Below, piece after piece: positions 1 through 13,237 of a DNA stretch of 64,000 nucleotides. Position numbers and translations under genes: made by a program. Under the pieces are notes generated by a model, which saw nothing but the letters and a program-made list of their open reading frames with translations, ran no database searches and was not told the origin of the DNA. Source of the DNA: Nageia nagi (lineage: Eukaryota; Plantae; Pinophyta); assembly GCA_050084985.1 (NCBI GenBank), contig JBITNC010000001.1:65844001-65908000 (forward strand). Direction: 5' to 3'. Positions within the stretch are counted from its first letter, which is position 1; each line of letters starts with the position of its first letter.

Positions 1-419
1 AACGTCCAACTCTGAGAGCTAGGGTTTGTATTGTTCAGCATCTCATACCATAATACAGGTCGTTGGGCATTGGATCTCAGTATTGCATTGTTCATAATGT
101 GTGTGTGTCATCATTGAGCATCATTGTTCCATTATTGTGCATGCGTTGGTATCTGTAGCATTTCTTTATGTTGGTTTTCCGTATTGTGGCCATTGTGGAT
201 GTTATTAAGTTGTATTTCCATCATTGTGAGCATTCGTTGGGTGTTTGGTATGACTGGAAGCCTTAGAGGGCTGACGTCAGCCTTGTATGTATGTTTGGTT
301 CCTTAGAGGCCCATCGTTGGTCTTGTGGAAGTGTTGTTGTGGGTGCTTGGAACCCTAGTTTGTGCTTTTGATTATTGAGTTACTAATATTTGGTTTGAGG
401 TTCATTTTGGATCCTCACA
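1..419 (+). mobile_element. 3' part of an LTR related to the 46483-55023 element, inserted in the F3 LTR
   Basis: Ends ...tggtttgaggttcattttggatcctcaCA, resembling the reverse complement of the LTR end at 46483/51254 (tggttgagttttaatttggatcatcaca). Confidence 0.55.
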
Positions 420-1626
420 TGCTAGCTTCTCAAAAGATGCAATTACAACTCCTCCAAAGTGTGCGACCAGCAATGCATGCAACAAGATGCCAAACTCCAT
501 CTAAAATGCAGCTAAGGAAGTGGATGCATATGTTTGGAAAGATGCAAAGGTGACTATCTAAAACCATGCGACCACTTGGATTGGTGTTTGTATGCAATGA
601 AGGGGTGGTTGCATGCTTTTCAAAAGATGCAATTATAACTCATCAAAATCATGTGAACACTCCTTAAGCAGCTTGAACTAACACTTAGTCAATTTTGGAG
701 ATGCAAGAGGGTGGTCGGGTCTTTCCAAAAAGATGCAAACATAACTTTCTTGAACCGTGCGACCACTTTGGATGCTAAGTCTGATTTGGTGCAAATAGAT
801 ACATGTACTTGCTTTTATAATTACTTCCTTGATAGGTGTCGGTGTTGGACTGGTCAGAAAGGGGGCTGAATGGGCCTAAGACAGGCTCCTTTGGTGCATG
901 TTCAACATCTGGAGGGGTGGTCGCATGCTTTCCAAAAGATGGTTTGGTTACTGTTTAGAACCATGCGAACACCTCTAGCAAGCCCTTTGTCCAACACTTT
1001 GGCAATTTTAGAGTTCAAAATTCTGAAAAGGGGGGTGGTCGCACGGTTTCCGGAAGATGGGAAGATGACTTCTTTCAACCATGCGAACGCCTCTAGTGTT
1101 TGTAAAATGAGTGAACAAATAAACCAAGCGGCTCTCCTTTATATACTAACTTCCTTCGCTAGGTGTCCTCATTCGTATGGCTTAGGTGAAAGTCGATTGA
1201 GGTTAAGGCAGATGCAACGTTCAAAGGACGTGGTGCGGAGGCCACAAAAAGATGGGTTTGCAACTTTTCTGAACAGCGCGAACACCTTTTGAAGGAGAAA
1301 TTCAAACACTTAGTTAACTTTGTGCTCCCAGACCATTCAAAAGGGGTGGTCGGATGGTTAAGGAAAGATAGACTTGTAATTATTTGAAACCATGCGAACA
1401 CCTCCCAAATGACGCTTTTTCTTCGTTTCAGCTTTGCTTCTTAAAGAGGGGTTGGTCACATGAATTTTGAAGGATGACAATGTAACTTTTTGAACTCATG
1501 CGAACACCTTCAAGATGAAAAGTTTTGAGGACTTAGGCAACATTTTCAGGGCTGAGATCTGCTTGAAGGGTGGTCGCACCATTTCTCAAGGATGGAAACG
1601 TGACTTTCTTGCAAAATGCGACCACC
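420..1626. repeat. Array of about 10 imperfect palindromic ~58-bp units (GGTGGTCGCATG...AAAGATG...CATGCGA(C/A)CAC) with variable spacers
   Basis: Units near 420, 520, 603, 709, 915, 1032, 1230, 1343, 1449 and 1568. Confidence 0.8.
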
Positions 1627-1956
1627 TTTGGACTTGGCCAATTTTTGGTGACTTTCCAAGATGTAAGATGCCATGCATTGAGAGACTCAATGCAAATCCT
1701 TATGACTCCTTAGCGACTTCGATATGAATTTCAACTTCATTTCTACGAATGAGCTCTCCAAAATGTTTTTTCTATATTTCAAGTAAGCCTTTAAGTGCAT
1801 TTTAAAGTTACACTTTGGGCTATTCTGAACAATTTTCTTCCGTTGCTACCCGAAATGTTGTTTGGGCCAAGCCTTTTGAAGCTTCCACTTTGCTTTGAAA
1901 CTGAGGGTCCCCATCTTTTGCAAAAAAAAGAGGAGGGGTGTGTAGAGATGTCAACA
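420..1956 (-). mobile_element. 5' start of a Tat-like LTR, family F3 (truncated on the left by the 1-419 LTR)
   Basis: Minus strand from 1956 reads TGTTGacatctctACACACCCC...gatGGGGACCCtc. This matches the start signature of F1 (6939, 60776) and F2 (40238). It is followed by a palindrome array. Confidence 0.7.
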
Positions 1957-3170
1957 GGATCACTATCATAAGGTATGGCATTAATTCTGATTTTTGTCTG
2001 CACTACAACAGCATTTCATTTGCTTGGTATAGCTTTGATATTCATAATGGTGGTTGGATGAAACAATTGTTGGTTTCAGCTGAAAATAAGGCACAAGCTT
2101 TGTCTAAATTGGGTGATATTAAAAGAGTTGTTAAAAGCACAATGGAGGAAGTGAAAGAAGTATTTTTGCACATGAAAAATGATGGACTACTTACAAATGA
2201 GGTTTACAAGCAAATGGTGAACGAAGGTGAGTTTTAGAGAAATTTTCATAGAAGATAAGTACATGCAAGTTAGCATACATAATTTCAATTCTGAGATAAG
2301 GATTAAAAAGGAGGAAGAATCCATTGTTCTACATGATTTGCTTAATGACAAAGCCAATGAAAATTATCTCATAAAGGAGGCCGCAATTGTAGTTTTTCTA
2401 CTAGGGAAGAATGCCATAGGAGGGGCTCTTCCAAAAGAAGAGAATTCTGAAAAAAATTGAAGAAGAATTTGCAGCAGCATTTATGAATAATGGAATGCTC
2501 ATGGTGGAATATGGGAATGAAGACCATTCGCTGGAATGGAAGGAAACTTTGAAAGTCCAGATTTTGAATCATCTCTTATTGAGTAGATGGGGGATGAATT
2601 ATTGTGGTATACTATCCCAAAGTCATCCTCAATCATAGAACTTGCCAACTTCGTCCCAAATGATTACAAAGTGCTAGTTTAAAGGCATGGACTACAATCT
2701 AAAGATGCCACGTGGGAATTACTCCATCAAGTTCAACAACAATTGCCGTAGTTCACGCTTTGAGAACAAAGCTTTTTCCAAAAAGAGTGGCATGTTACAT
2801 AACCAACTATGCTTGCATTATGTAATAATCTTATTTTATAATGTTTGGATGTATTAGTAATGTTTAGATGATATATCTTATGGTATTTTGTAATATTATA
2901 ATTTTTTTCCAAAGTGATATGTTAGGGTTAGCGTTTAGGCAGATTGTGTGATAGTGAAGATTCATATTATTACAAAAATCCTTACTGAAAGCTAAGAGGA
3001 CTATTGTCAAATATTCTATTTTGAGTTTTTTCTCTTTTTGGAGGTTGCTCCCTCAAAAAGGCCAACAACAATATAAGGTTATCTTATATTTTACCACTGC
3101 ATTTGTGTATTTTGTAATTCCAATTCATTAGATATAATTGATGCTTATATTATAAACTTGTTTGCATCAC
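1957..3170 (+). mobile_element. Decayed chromovirus remnant: internal fragments, chromodomain end, PPT-like tract and LTR
   Basis: 'aaagatgccacgtgggaa' (KDATWE) near 2701. A purine-rich tract precedes TGTTACA at 2793, followed by LTR-like sequence to about 3170. Confidence 0.5.
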
Positions 3171-3189
3171 AAAGAAATCATGACCATGT

Positions 3190-4640
3190 TATAAGCCTAG
3201 CTTTAGGAAGTGAACTTCTCAATATAAAGCCATACAGGTATCCATTTTGTCAAAAAAAGTGAGCTAGACCAACTAGTTCAAGAACTATTGGAACATCATG
3301 TCATCATGCCAAGTACCAACCCCTTCTCTTCACCAATGGTCATGGTCCACAAGAAAGATGGATCGTGGAGAATGTGCATGGGCTATAGAAAGCTCAACAA
3401 GATCACCATCAAAGGAAAGTTTTCATTCCTATTATTGATGATTTAAAAGATGAATTACATGTGACATTTTTTTCACCAAAGTAGACCTTAAATCTTGTTA
3501 TCATCAAATAAGTCTCAAGAATGAGGATATTCCAAAAATAACATTTTGAACTCACGAAGATCATTGCAAATTTCTAATCATGCCTTTTGGTCTCACTAAT
3601 GCTCCATCTATATTCTAAAGTTTTATAAATACAATCTTCAAGCCCTTCCTTTGGAAATTGTTTTAGTATTATTTGATAACATATTGATCTATAATAAAAA
3701 ATGGAAATTGGCCTACTTAATGTTGAAAAGGTACTTCAATGTTGGAGATGCGCAACTATATGCCAAAAAAATCAAGATGTGCTTTTGATATAAAGATGTA
3801 GAATATTTAAACCATATTATCTCTCATGAAGATGTAAAGGTTGACCAAGAAGGTTCAATCAATGAAAGAATGACCACTACCTAAGACTCAAAAACTTAAC
3901 AACATTCTTGGGACTCATGTCAGCACTCTTAACAACACTAACTAAAATTAACCATGCCAGACTTCAACAAAACCTTCCTAATAGATTGTGATGAATCAAG
4001 AAATGGAGTTAGTGTTGTATTCATGCAAGATGACCACGCATTGGCATTTGAAAGTATCTACATGGGGTTCAAAAATGGAGACGTTACTTGATGGGAAGAT
4101 GATTTATAATCAGAACGAATCATAGCAGCTTGAAAAACTACTTGGAACAACATCTCTCATGTGGAGAAATATAAATGGGACACCAAAATGCTTTGCTACG
4201 ACTTTGAAAAAGGAAAATAGAATTTTGCAATAGATGCACTATGCAAGAGTAACATGGATCTCTATATTCCATATCATCCCCAACACCAGCAAGGATAGAA
4301 CAACTAAGAAAAGAACGGAAAGAAGACACTACTATAAAAAAAAGAGTCATTCACCAATTGAGTAGCAATCATAAGCAACCTAAAGGGTTTGAATAGAAAA
4401 ATGAGATCCTCAAATTCCAAAATAGGATCTAGAAGGGGAAAACATCCAAATGTAAAGAATTAATTCTTCATAAGTTACATGGATCTCTTTCACAAGACAT
4501 TCAAGATTCTTTATAAAACTTATCGCATTCTGAGGGGATGGGCTCAAACACGATATAAATAAATTTGTAGAAGAATGTGACATATGCGAAAGAAAGAAAG
4601 GAGAAATAGTAAAAACACTTTGATTACGGCAACCTTTTGA
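3190..4640 (+). pseudogene. Heavily degraded Ty3/gypsy pol (RT-RNaseH-start of integrase)
   Basis: Manual translation gives PSTNPFSSPMVMVHKKDGSWRMC, MPFGLTNAPS, an FDNILIY-like RT motif, FIIRTNHSSLK and a CDIC zinc-finger remnant. Many stops and frameshifts. Confidence 0.8.
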
Positions 4641-4641
4641 T

Positions 4642-4828
4642 TGTAAAGATAGGTTGCCTATGGTATTCCTTATCTCATCAAATACGGATTTACCACACTT
4701 CTCCTAAATGCTTGCAAAATGAATTTAAGTGACTGCACACAATTAAAAGTTGCTAAATAAATACGAGAAGAAATCATCACCATATAAAGAAGACACCAAT
4801 TTATCATAGGGAAACCCAACTTGGGAAG
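4642..4828. mobile_element. Short LTR fragment interrupted by the F1 copy
   Basis: Starts TGTAAAG abruptly within the degraded integrase and ends at the F1 terminus at 4829. Confidence 0.35.
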
Positions 4829-7229
4829 TGTTGGGATGCCTTTCTTTCCCGCGAAGACCCTCTAAAAATTGCGCGCAGAACTTAGGAGATCCCAAGCAAC
4901 ATAGTTGGGAATGCGTGACCAATTCCCCCGTTTGAGAAGGATTTTATACCTCCAAGGCTCTTGTCGAAACACCCTACTCAGCAACCCAACGTTACAAGCG
5001 TGTTTTTGGAATAGGGATAGATAAAAGAAAGTGCGGTATCCTCCTTTTGAATCAGCCTCAATGGAATGGAATAGTCTATTAACCAAAGTTGTTTTATTTG
5101 ATGTATAGAGTTTATTTGAAACACTTGTGTGTGGACTTAAAGATTGTATTTGGTTTGAAAGCATAAAGAATGCATAAAGGCAATAAAGTAGAAGGTGAAG
5201 GACAAAACCTTGGAGAAGGAACGAATACTTGGTCAGATATGAGTTTGAGGTTCACTGACGGGAAAGTATCTAAGAGTTGATCTCTTCCGAATCGGTTAAG
5301 GATTGTTCATCCAACATTGCAAGCAAACAACTTCACGTTTGATTTACTTCAAAGAGGAGCGAGGAGGAATGCCAATTGTTGGTTCTCTACGCATAGGATA
5401 GATGCAATTGAATGGAAATGGAAGGTTTCAAAGTGAAAGGATCATGGTTTTGGATGAAGGACCTAACAAGATGTCATGAAAGTAGAAACTAACATAGAAT
5501 ACCCAATCAACTTGTATGTTAAGGACCAAGCAACATGCATAGGTAAGCTTCAAGCACTTTTTAAAATAGTTCAAAGATAACTTCCCTAAAGCTCAAAAGC
5601 TTTCAAAGGAATAAAATGAAAGTGCACAAACCAACTATGAATGTTCTCAAGATTCAATCGATAACACCAATATGAAAAATATCAAACTCAAGTCTTTGCA
5701 TAACCACTTTGTATTAGATTTGAAAAAGGAGGTGCTAAGATTTACAATATGCTCTCAATTCTCAAAAGTTCTCTCTTCAAGAATGAAGTGTTTGCTTCAG
5801 AATGAAGTCTTTACAAAAATGAGACCCTTGGTTTCTTATTTATAGACTTTTGGAAACTCTAAAAGTAACTTTTGGAAACCCTAGAAATGAGTTTCAAACC
5901 CCAAATCCCTAATTGCAACATTAACAACTATTTACAAGCTAATTGAAAATGCTAATTGAGATTACAATTGGACTTAGTGGAAATCCACTAAGCCAAAATT
6001 TGGCTTACATATCAAAATTTGCCAAAATAGACATCTTTCTATTCTAGCAGTGGTGGGAAGATGGCTTTTACATTTGTCGCAATTTTGGCTTCAAACTCAT
6101 CTCCCATGAATGCTTCTATGTTCCTGATGGCCCGATGGATTGTCTGGAGGATTCCTTTGTTTGGTAGCTGGTGCTCCAGGATGGCCTCATTGGTTTTGAC
6201 CATTTCCTTGCACCATGCGACAAGTCTAATTCTTCCATTCATCTATTTCCCTATTTTCAGGCTGTGTGGATCCTCGGGACATAACTGCTCTGCAATAGTG
6301 GTGTGGATTGTTGTCATCACCGTCATATACTTCTTGATGTTGTTTTCCTCAAACAAAAGTACCTGGAATTTTTATTTGCTTGCTTGCTCACTGATAACGG
6401 CTTTGAGTTGATCTCTAGTGTATATGAAGTCGATGGATTTGACTTTGATGTAGAACAAATAATCATACAGTTGGAACCAATCTATGCAAAAATCTAGCAC
6501 GACCGGATGATGGGAAGCCCTTCTTCGTAGATCAAACATTGTGGGGTATCCGTTCCTCCATCTGATGATTAGCTGATCTAATCTTTCCGCCTGAGAATGT
6601 GATCCCTCCTTAATATAAAAATTTATCATGCTTGAGTGGAGTGCTTTGATAGCCTCAATAAGGTCCTTGGTCCATCCTTACTTCAGTGCGGTGATTCCAG
6701 TATTTAAATCAACTTGTTTTTTGATGTCTTTAACTGTCAAATCAGCAACCTTGACTTCTTTGTTAATCATTTCCTGACTAGCCATTTTTTGCTTTAGTTC
6801 CCGAATCTCTAATTTTAATAAGGTACCGGATTCTCAATACTTGTGTGTTAGTGATAATGTTGTGCTCCATTCCCAATGGGCCAACAATCTCTGCAAGGGC
6901 CTCTTCTATCTCAACTGTGAGGGCAAACTTTCCAGTACTATTGTGCTCGCACAACACACCCCAAGATGCAGCATTTTGGGGACCCAATTTTTGCAATGAC
7001 AATGAGCAACATTGCCTAGGCATGATCAACTTATGACAAGTATGGAGACCTGAAGCGGCCAGATGATCAAACAATGCACGAGCATGCCCCGGAGTCACGA
7101 AGAGAGTTCAACTCAGCCAGTGGCCAAGTCAGAGCCCAATTTCAAACGACACCTCACGGGACGGAGTCGTGGATCACAACAGCAACCAAACATTGGAGCT
7201 TTGAACAAATGGCCCCTAGGGCGAAAAAG

Positions 7230-7760
7230 GCATCATTTTGGTAAGTTTGAGCAACAAAGGTGCTAAGGTGACAAAAGGTGCGTTTTTGGTCAAGTTTGAG
7301 CCCAGGAGTAGTGGATATAGTTAAGATAATGAAAATGCACGTTTTTGCACAAATTGAGCCCAAAAAAGGCATCTACAGCCAAAAAGCATGTTTTTGTCAA
7401 TTTTTGAGCTTGGAAAGCCAAAAAATGGTTAGTAGCATGGAAAAGCGTGTTTTGGTCAATTTTGAGCTCGAAATGGTCAGTACAGAAAAATGTGCATTTT
7501 TGCAGAATTTGAGCCTAAAAAGCTCGGAAATGACCAAAATCGCAAATTTAAGCTCAAAGTACTCGAAAAAGCTCGTAAATGCCAAGAATGATCGTTTTTG
7601 CACATCTTGAATCCGAAATGGCCGAAAATGTAGACTTTGAGCTCGAAATGTCAAAAATGATCGTTTTTTCACCATTCGATCTCGGAAATGTTCAGAAATG
7701 CTGGAAATGGTCAAAATGCATAGTTAGAGCCCAAAAATGCAACGTTTGGGCCCATAAAAG
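7230..7760 (+). repeat. Degenerate tandem array (TTTTG(G/C)..AA(T/G)TTTGAGC(T/C)CGAAA motif) in the F1 LTR 5' region
   Basis: Repeated ttttggtcaattttgagctcgaaa-like units at roughly 35-60 bp spacing. The same array occurs at 61050-61660. Confidence 0.7.
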
Positions 7761-9263
7761 GTGGGAAAGGTCGGGAATATGCAGTATAGCCCGGAATAGA
7801 TGGAGAAAGTAAGTTTGAGCACCCTTGAGGAGTAAAAAAAAAATAAGCGTTCTGGCATCTGAAAAGCTTCGGGTTGAGATTGGAAAAGTGAGTTTTTTTC
7901 AAAGTACTTGTAATGAAAATCCGAGAGAGAGGTGTGATGCCAAATGACAAATTAAGGCCACTTTGCTCTTGGAAATGTCAAAAAAACTCGTGTTTTAACC
8001 GCTGAAAAGTTAGGGGGGAGTTTTGCAAGTTTTCCCTCACTTTGTCTAAAGTTGAAAAATGGCCTATTCTCTTCAAAACGTATGCCTACCTTTTGGGATG
8101 CCAAGATTGATCCGAAATGGCAATTTTTGAGCTCAGGAGCGTGGAGATCGCGATTTTACATCAAATTGGTCTTTCAAGTTTGCGATTTCGAAGAGTTTTG
8201 CTCCACCAAAAGTGAGAAAAATGGAAGATGAGCAAAAGGACAGCCAATAGGAATGCTCCAAATTTTTCAAAATTTCAAAAATGCAAAAATGAAAATCCAA
8301 AGAAAAGGTAGGGTGCCAAATCCAATTTTAGGCATTTTCCCTCTTGGAATTTTTGAAAAATATCAAAAAATACCCCCTTAAAAGCTAAGCGCTGGTTTTA
8401 GGTGATTTCCCATCACTTCCTAAATTTCGAAAATGGCCTAAGACCTTCAAAACCTATGCCTACCCTTCTTGTGCCCCAAAATTGCAAAAAAATTGAAATT
8501 TATTATTTTCATGAGGTATAGGATGGGATTTCACACAAGTTTGATGATTTGAGTTTTCCAAAAAAATGAGACATACCTCCTCAAATCATCAATATTTGAT
8601 CAACCAATGAGAGCTCCAAAATTTTCTAAAATTTCCAAAATTAGTCAAATCAAAAAAGAAAAATGAGGTAGGGTGCAAAATTCAAAGGAGATCAAAATTG
8701 CCTCTTGCAAGATTACAAAAAAATCAAGATTTGTCTCCCAAAAAGTTAGGGGGAGTTTTGAAAGTTTTGGGCCAACTTCTCAAATTTCCAAACATGCCCA
8801 AAGCCTTCAAAACCTGCACCTAGCCTCCTTGGCCCTCAAAATTGCTTAAAAGTGACATTTAATGCTGCCATGTGATAGGTGGTGTGATTCTACACCATTT
8901 TGGTCTCTCACTTGTGCAATTTGGTCCACGAAAACTCCCAAAAACCACTTTTTTGCATTCAAAAAGGATTCAAGGGCTAAAAACTCAAGAATTTGGATAT
9001 TTTTTCCCAAAAAACTCAAAATTTGAAATCCAAATCTGAAGTATGGAGGTTGAAAAGCATCCAAAGGCTATCATCTTTGCCTTCAAGGACCCCCACATTG
9101 CACCAAATCTGCTCCTTCCACACTTAGGCACAGGTTTTGACTTGTTTCCCCATTTTCCTCCACTTTTCAAATGTTGGGAATGAGAGGAAAGAGTCCAAAT
9201 TGCAAAATTTTAACTTAGGGTTGATGTGGTGTTGACATGTGGCACCTTTTCACCCCCTAAGTC

Positions 9264-9270
9264 TATAAAT
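9264..9270 (+). promoter_or_regulatory. Candidate TATA box upstream of the F1 LTR-encoded ORF
   Basis: gtcTATAAATaac about 850 bp before the ATG at 10119. An equivalent site lies in F2 at 41649. Confidence 0.45.
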
Positions 9271-10118
9271 AACACCCTTACCCGCTCCATTTTACACACT
9301 AATCCCATTTTTGCACCCTTATGCTGCCAAAAATTTTGAGAATTTGAAAGCAAAGTGAGAAAGAGAACCCATTTTCAGCCTTGGAGAATATTTTGAACAC
9401 TTAACATCTTGGCCATTCACCCAAACTCTATTGAAATTCGAAATCCAACATCCTCCATCCCACATGAACTCCATTTTCCAAGTTTTTGAAGATCTTTACC
9501 CCAAAACCCCATTTTTCAAACCCTCAAACACTTGAAAAACTTTTTTTCTAGATTTCAAGATTGACCACTTTTTGGGATACCCTTTATCCTCATGATCAAC
9601 TTTTATTTTTAGCAAAAAAAAACAAAAAAAATACATATGATCCAAGATCTGAGTGCCTAAAATACTCGTTTCTTCACAAAAAAATTCAAATTTTTTTTCC
9701 AAAAACTCCAAAAATTGTTTTTGAAGTCCGTTTTGGCCGTTTCAAAGTCTAAAACAACTTCCCCACTCATTCTCCATCCATCTAAAGTGTTAAAACTTGA
9801 TTCCGGCACCATTTGCCAATTTTCACCTTTTTTCCTATTGAAAAAGTCAACTTTTCAAGCAAAAAATTGAAAATTCTCCAAAAGTCCTAAATTTTTGCCA
9901 AGGCATTCTCCTCTAAGTTAGTTACCTTTGTGTTATTCCAAACTCACCCAATAGGCCTTGAAAATTGCAAATTTTGACAATTTTTCGATGATGCAACACT
10001 TGAAGTAAAAAATGCCAAAAATCCAAATTTTTCAAAAAACTCTCTTTGTCTGCCTAAAAAGTGCCATAAGCTTCCCAGGACACTTCTAACTCTTGTAGTT
10101 TGCTTAGATAAGGAAAAA

Positions 10119-13100
10119 ATGGCGTTAGTTGCTCATAACATCAAAGATAGGAAGTAGAGAAGGCTCACAATGGACACCACCATCACGTTCAAACACACAA
10201 CAGAGCCTGTGATGCCTACCGCAAGAATCATTGATCAGCTAATAAAAACTCTAATGAAAATACAAACATTGGATCTAGCTTCACTAGTGAAGGATACATT
10301 GAAATCCTCCCTACTAGTAATAGCTGCTATGGTGCCATTTGCCACCCCCTTCCCCGAGCTATGCTATGAGCTAGGAAAGCTTTGTGACATTAGAAGGCGA
10401 AGACTCCTCGATAGAAGGAACGAGGTAATCATGGACTTCTCTGAGGAAGGAATAGAAAATGCATTCGCTTGGATAAACGAAGGCCTATCATACAGCGTGC
10501 AAGACTCCTTAAAATTCTATAGAAGTCTGAAACCGCCAAACAAAGGAGAGTTCTATCCAGTAGTCTCTAGACTAATATCAATGCTTTCCAGAGTGACCGA
10601 ACAGAAAGATGACACCAAATTACGACAGGAATTCGCTGGGTTTATAGAGCTGATCAGCAGCGGTAAAGGCATAAGGTGGAACAAAGTAATTAGTGATTCC
10701 TTGGCTTAGCAATTGAAAAATATCCAGAGAAGCAAGAAATTCTATATTAACTCCTACCTGGTTTACCTACTCCTTCATTGGAGGGAGAGGGTAACCTCAA
10801 TTAACAATACCACATATCTATATGACCCCACACATCCAATCTGGGAAAATTACCCAAGGTTCTTTGCTCACAATAAATGGAACAACGAAAATTGGAAAAT
10901 GATGACTATCGATTTTGAAGGCAAAATCTACGAAGAGATCATGGGTAGAGCCAATGTACTCAGAATATCCAATGAAGCTGCTACCACTATCAAGGGACAT
11001 GCGGACTTCTTTGCAGAAGACATAGAGTTCACCTACCTTAGGGTCTATGGCTCCAAAGAAGCCCCTTATAAGCTACCTCGTTACGCAAGTGATCGCCTCA
11101 TCCTCATGGAATTTTCAAGACACTTGCTAAACATATACGACAAGGTATGGGTAAAGAAGGTGGCAAACACTTACCAATTACCTATCATCATCGAGAATTA
11201 TGAATGCACCACCTGGTGTCAGATTGATATGATAAAACAAGAGTTGGTGATGTACGAATTTCCAACCGAGGTAGCTGAGAATCACTATGATCTCGATGGA
11301 GTGATTGATGCATTTTTTCAGAAGACATGGAACTCATCATATCCACACCAGTCCCTTGGTAGCATTGAGAGGTACAGGAACATTCAGGATGCCTTGCAGG
11401 TTCAACGAAAACAGCGAAAAGCCAAATAAGCTACCAGTTTAAAAGCCAATGCATAGGTCACCGCATCCTCGAGCCATGGGTATATTATTCCCATACTATC
11501 ACATTCAGTAACCCTGGCTCAAGGACATAATGGGCAGTATGCTACCAATAGCATCCCCGAACAAACCATTGAAACAACGGTCATGGGTACAAAGAATGGA
11601 ATCCTGGACCTCAGAAGAGCAGACCTGATCTCTCAACCATTCAAACACTTGCAGAAAAAGATAAATCTCCCGCAAGATTTGAATCGGAGTGGTATGCGCC
11701 TGAATCAAAACCCCAACACATCATCATCCAGTTCTGACAAGTATGGATCGAGTGGCTCATTAGAGTCTAATGAAAAGATGGATCTTAGTGTAGTCATCAA
11801 CACTGGCATGGAGATAAACCAAGATATTGTCTTTGATAGGATCGACACATCATTCAGTAGAGATCCTTAACGAGGGCAATCCCTCAATTGATATGATTGT
11901 ACAACAAGCAGTAGGAGTAGGCACCCCAAAATCCGCTCCTCAGAAACAGGCGTCACAAACGCCACCATCTCGGAGGACTACAACAACATCAGCACAGAAG
12001 GGTACATCAAGACCTAAGGCAATGGCATCATTTTCAAGGGAGATGATGGAAATCAAGAGGATGAAGGAGAAAACGAAGAACAAAGAAGAAAAAGAAGACA
12101 AGTAGAGCATGATGTTAAGATCATCAAAGACGGAGAGATGGTTCCCTATGGAAAACAACCCATGGAACCCCATTTCGACATGGCTGCAGTGATGGCTAAT
12201 TTGATTTCAAATCACCCCTACGAAGGAGAAGATTCCGAAGATGAAAATGAAGAACTTCAGCAGATTGATACTTTCACCACCACTGTAGGTAAAGTCACCT
12301 ACAAGGACAAGCTCTAATAAAAAAAAACAAGCCTGGTACCGGAAAGTTTGCCCTCACAGTTGAAACAAAAGAGGCCCCTGCAAAGATTGTTGGCCAATTG
12401 GGAATGGAGCATAGCATCATCATGAATGCACGGGCGTTGAGGGAATCTGGCACCTTATTAAAATTAGAGATCCGAGAGCTAAAGAAGAAAGTGGCGAGTC
12501 AAGAAATGATCAACAAAGAAGTGGCTGCTAATTTGACAGTTGAAGACATCAAAAAGCAGGTTGACTTAAATATTGGAATCACCACTTTAAAGCAAGGATG
12601 GACCAAGGACCTTATTGAGGCTATCAAAGCACTCCACTCAAGCATGGTAAATTTTTATATTGAGGAGGGGTCACATTCTCAAGCAAAGAAAATAGACCAG
12701 TTAATCATCATATGGAAGAGTGGGTACCCCATAATGTTCAACCTACGTAGAAGGGCAACCCATCATCCTTTTGTGCTAGATTTTCGCATAGATTGGTTCC
12801 AATTGTATGATTATTTGTTCTACATCAAAGCTAAGTCCACCAACTTCATATACACCAAAACTCAACTCAAAGCCGTCATTAGTGAACAGGCGAGGGAATA
12901 TGAATACCAAGTACCCTTGTTTGAGGAAAATGGCAGCATCAAGGAGTATATGACAGCCATGACAACAATCCACGCCACTATTGCAAAACAGTTGTGTCCC
13001 GAGGATCCACATAGCCTGAAAGCAAAGAGACAAATGATAGGAGGAATGAGACTGGCCACATGGTGCAAGGAAATGGTCAAAACCAATAAGGCCATCTTGG

Positions 13101-13237
13101 AGCACCTGCTACCCAACAAAGGAGTCCTCCAGACAATTCATCAGGCCATCAAGAACATGGAAGCATTCATGGGAGATGACTTTGAAGCCAAAATCACTAC
13201 AAATGTACAAGTGATCTTCCCACAATCGCCAAAATAG
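10119..13237 (+). pseudogene. F1 LTR-encoded ORF of ~1040 codons (disrupted), function unknown
   Basis: ATG 10119 is in frame with ORFs 10170, 10713 and 11583. ORFs 11827 and 12398 follow after frameshifts. Shares FPELC, FYP..MLSRV, I.W.KV.SD, KFY.NSYLVYLLLH and PY.LPRY motifs with the F2 ORF. Confidence 0.8.

Noticed and set aside
1922-1945. AAAAAAAAGAGGAGGGG followed by TG as a plus-strand PPT and LTR start
   Set aside because: Better explained as the reverse complement of the F1/F2-type LTR start signature ending at CAACA 1956.
7278-9752. Short ORFs in the F1 LTR 5' region
   Set aside because: Translations of degenerate repeats and A/T runs with no conserved protein motif.
10119-13237. 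Host gene captured by chance
   Set aside because: Present in four copies across two families, always at the same place within element termini, so it is element-borne.
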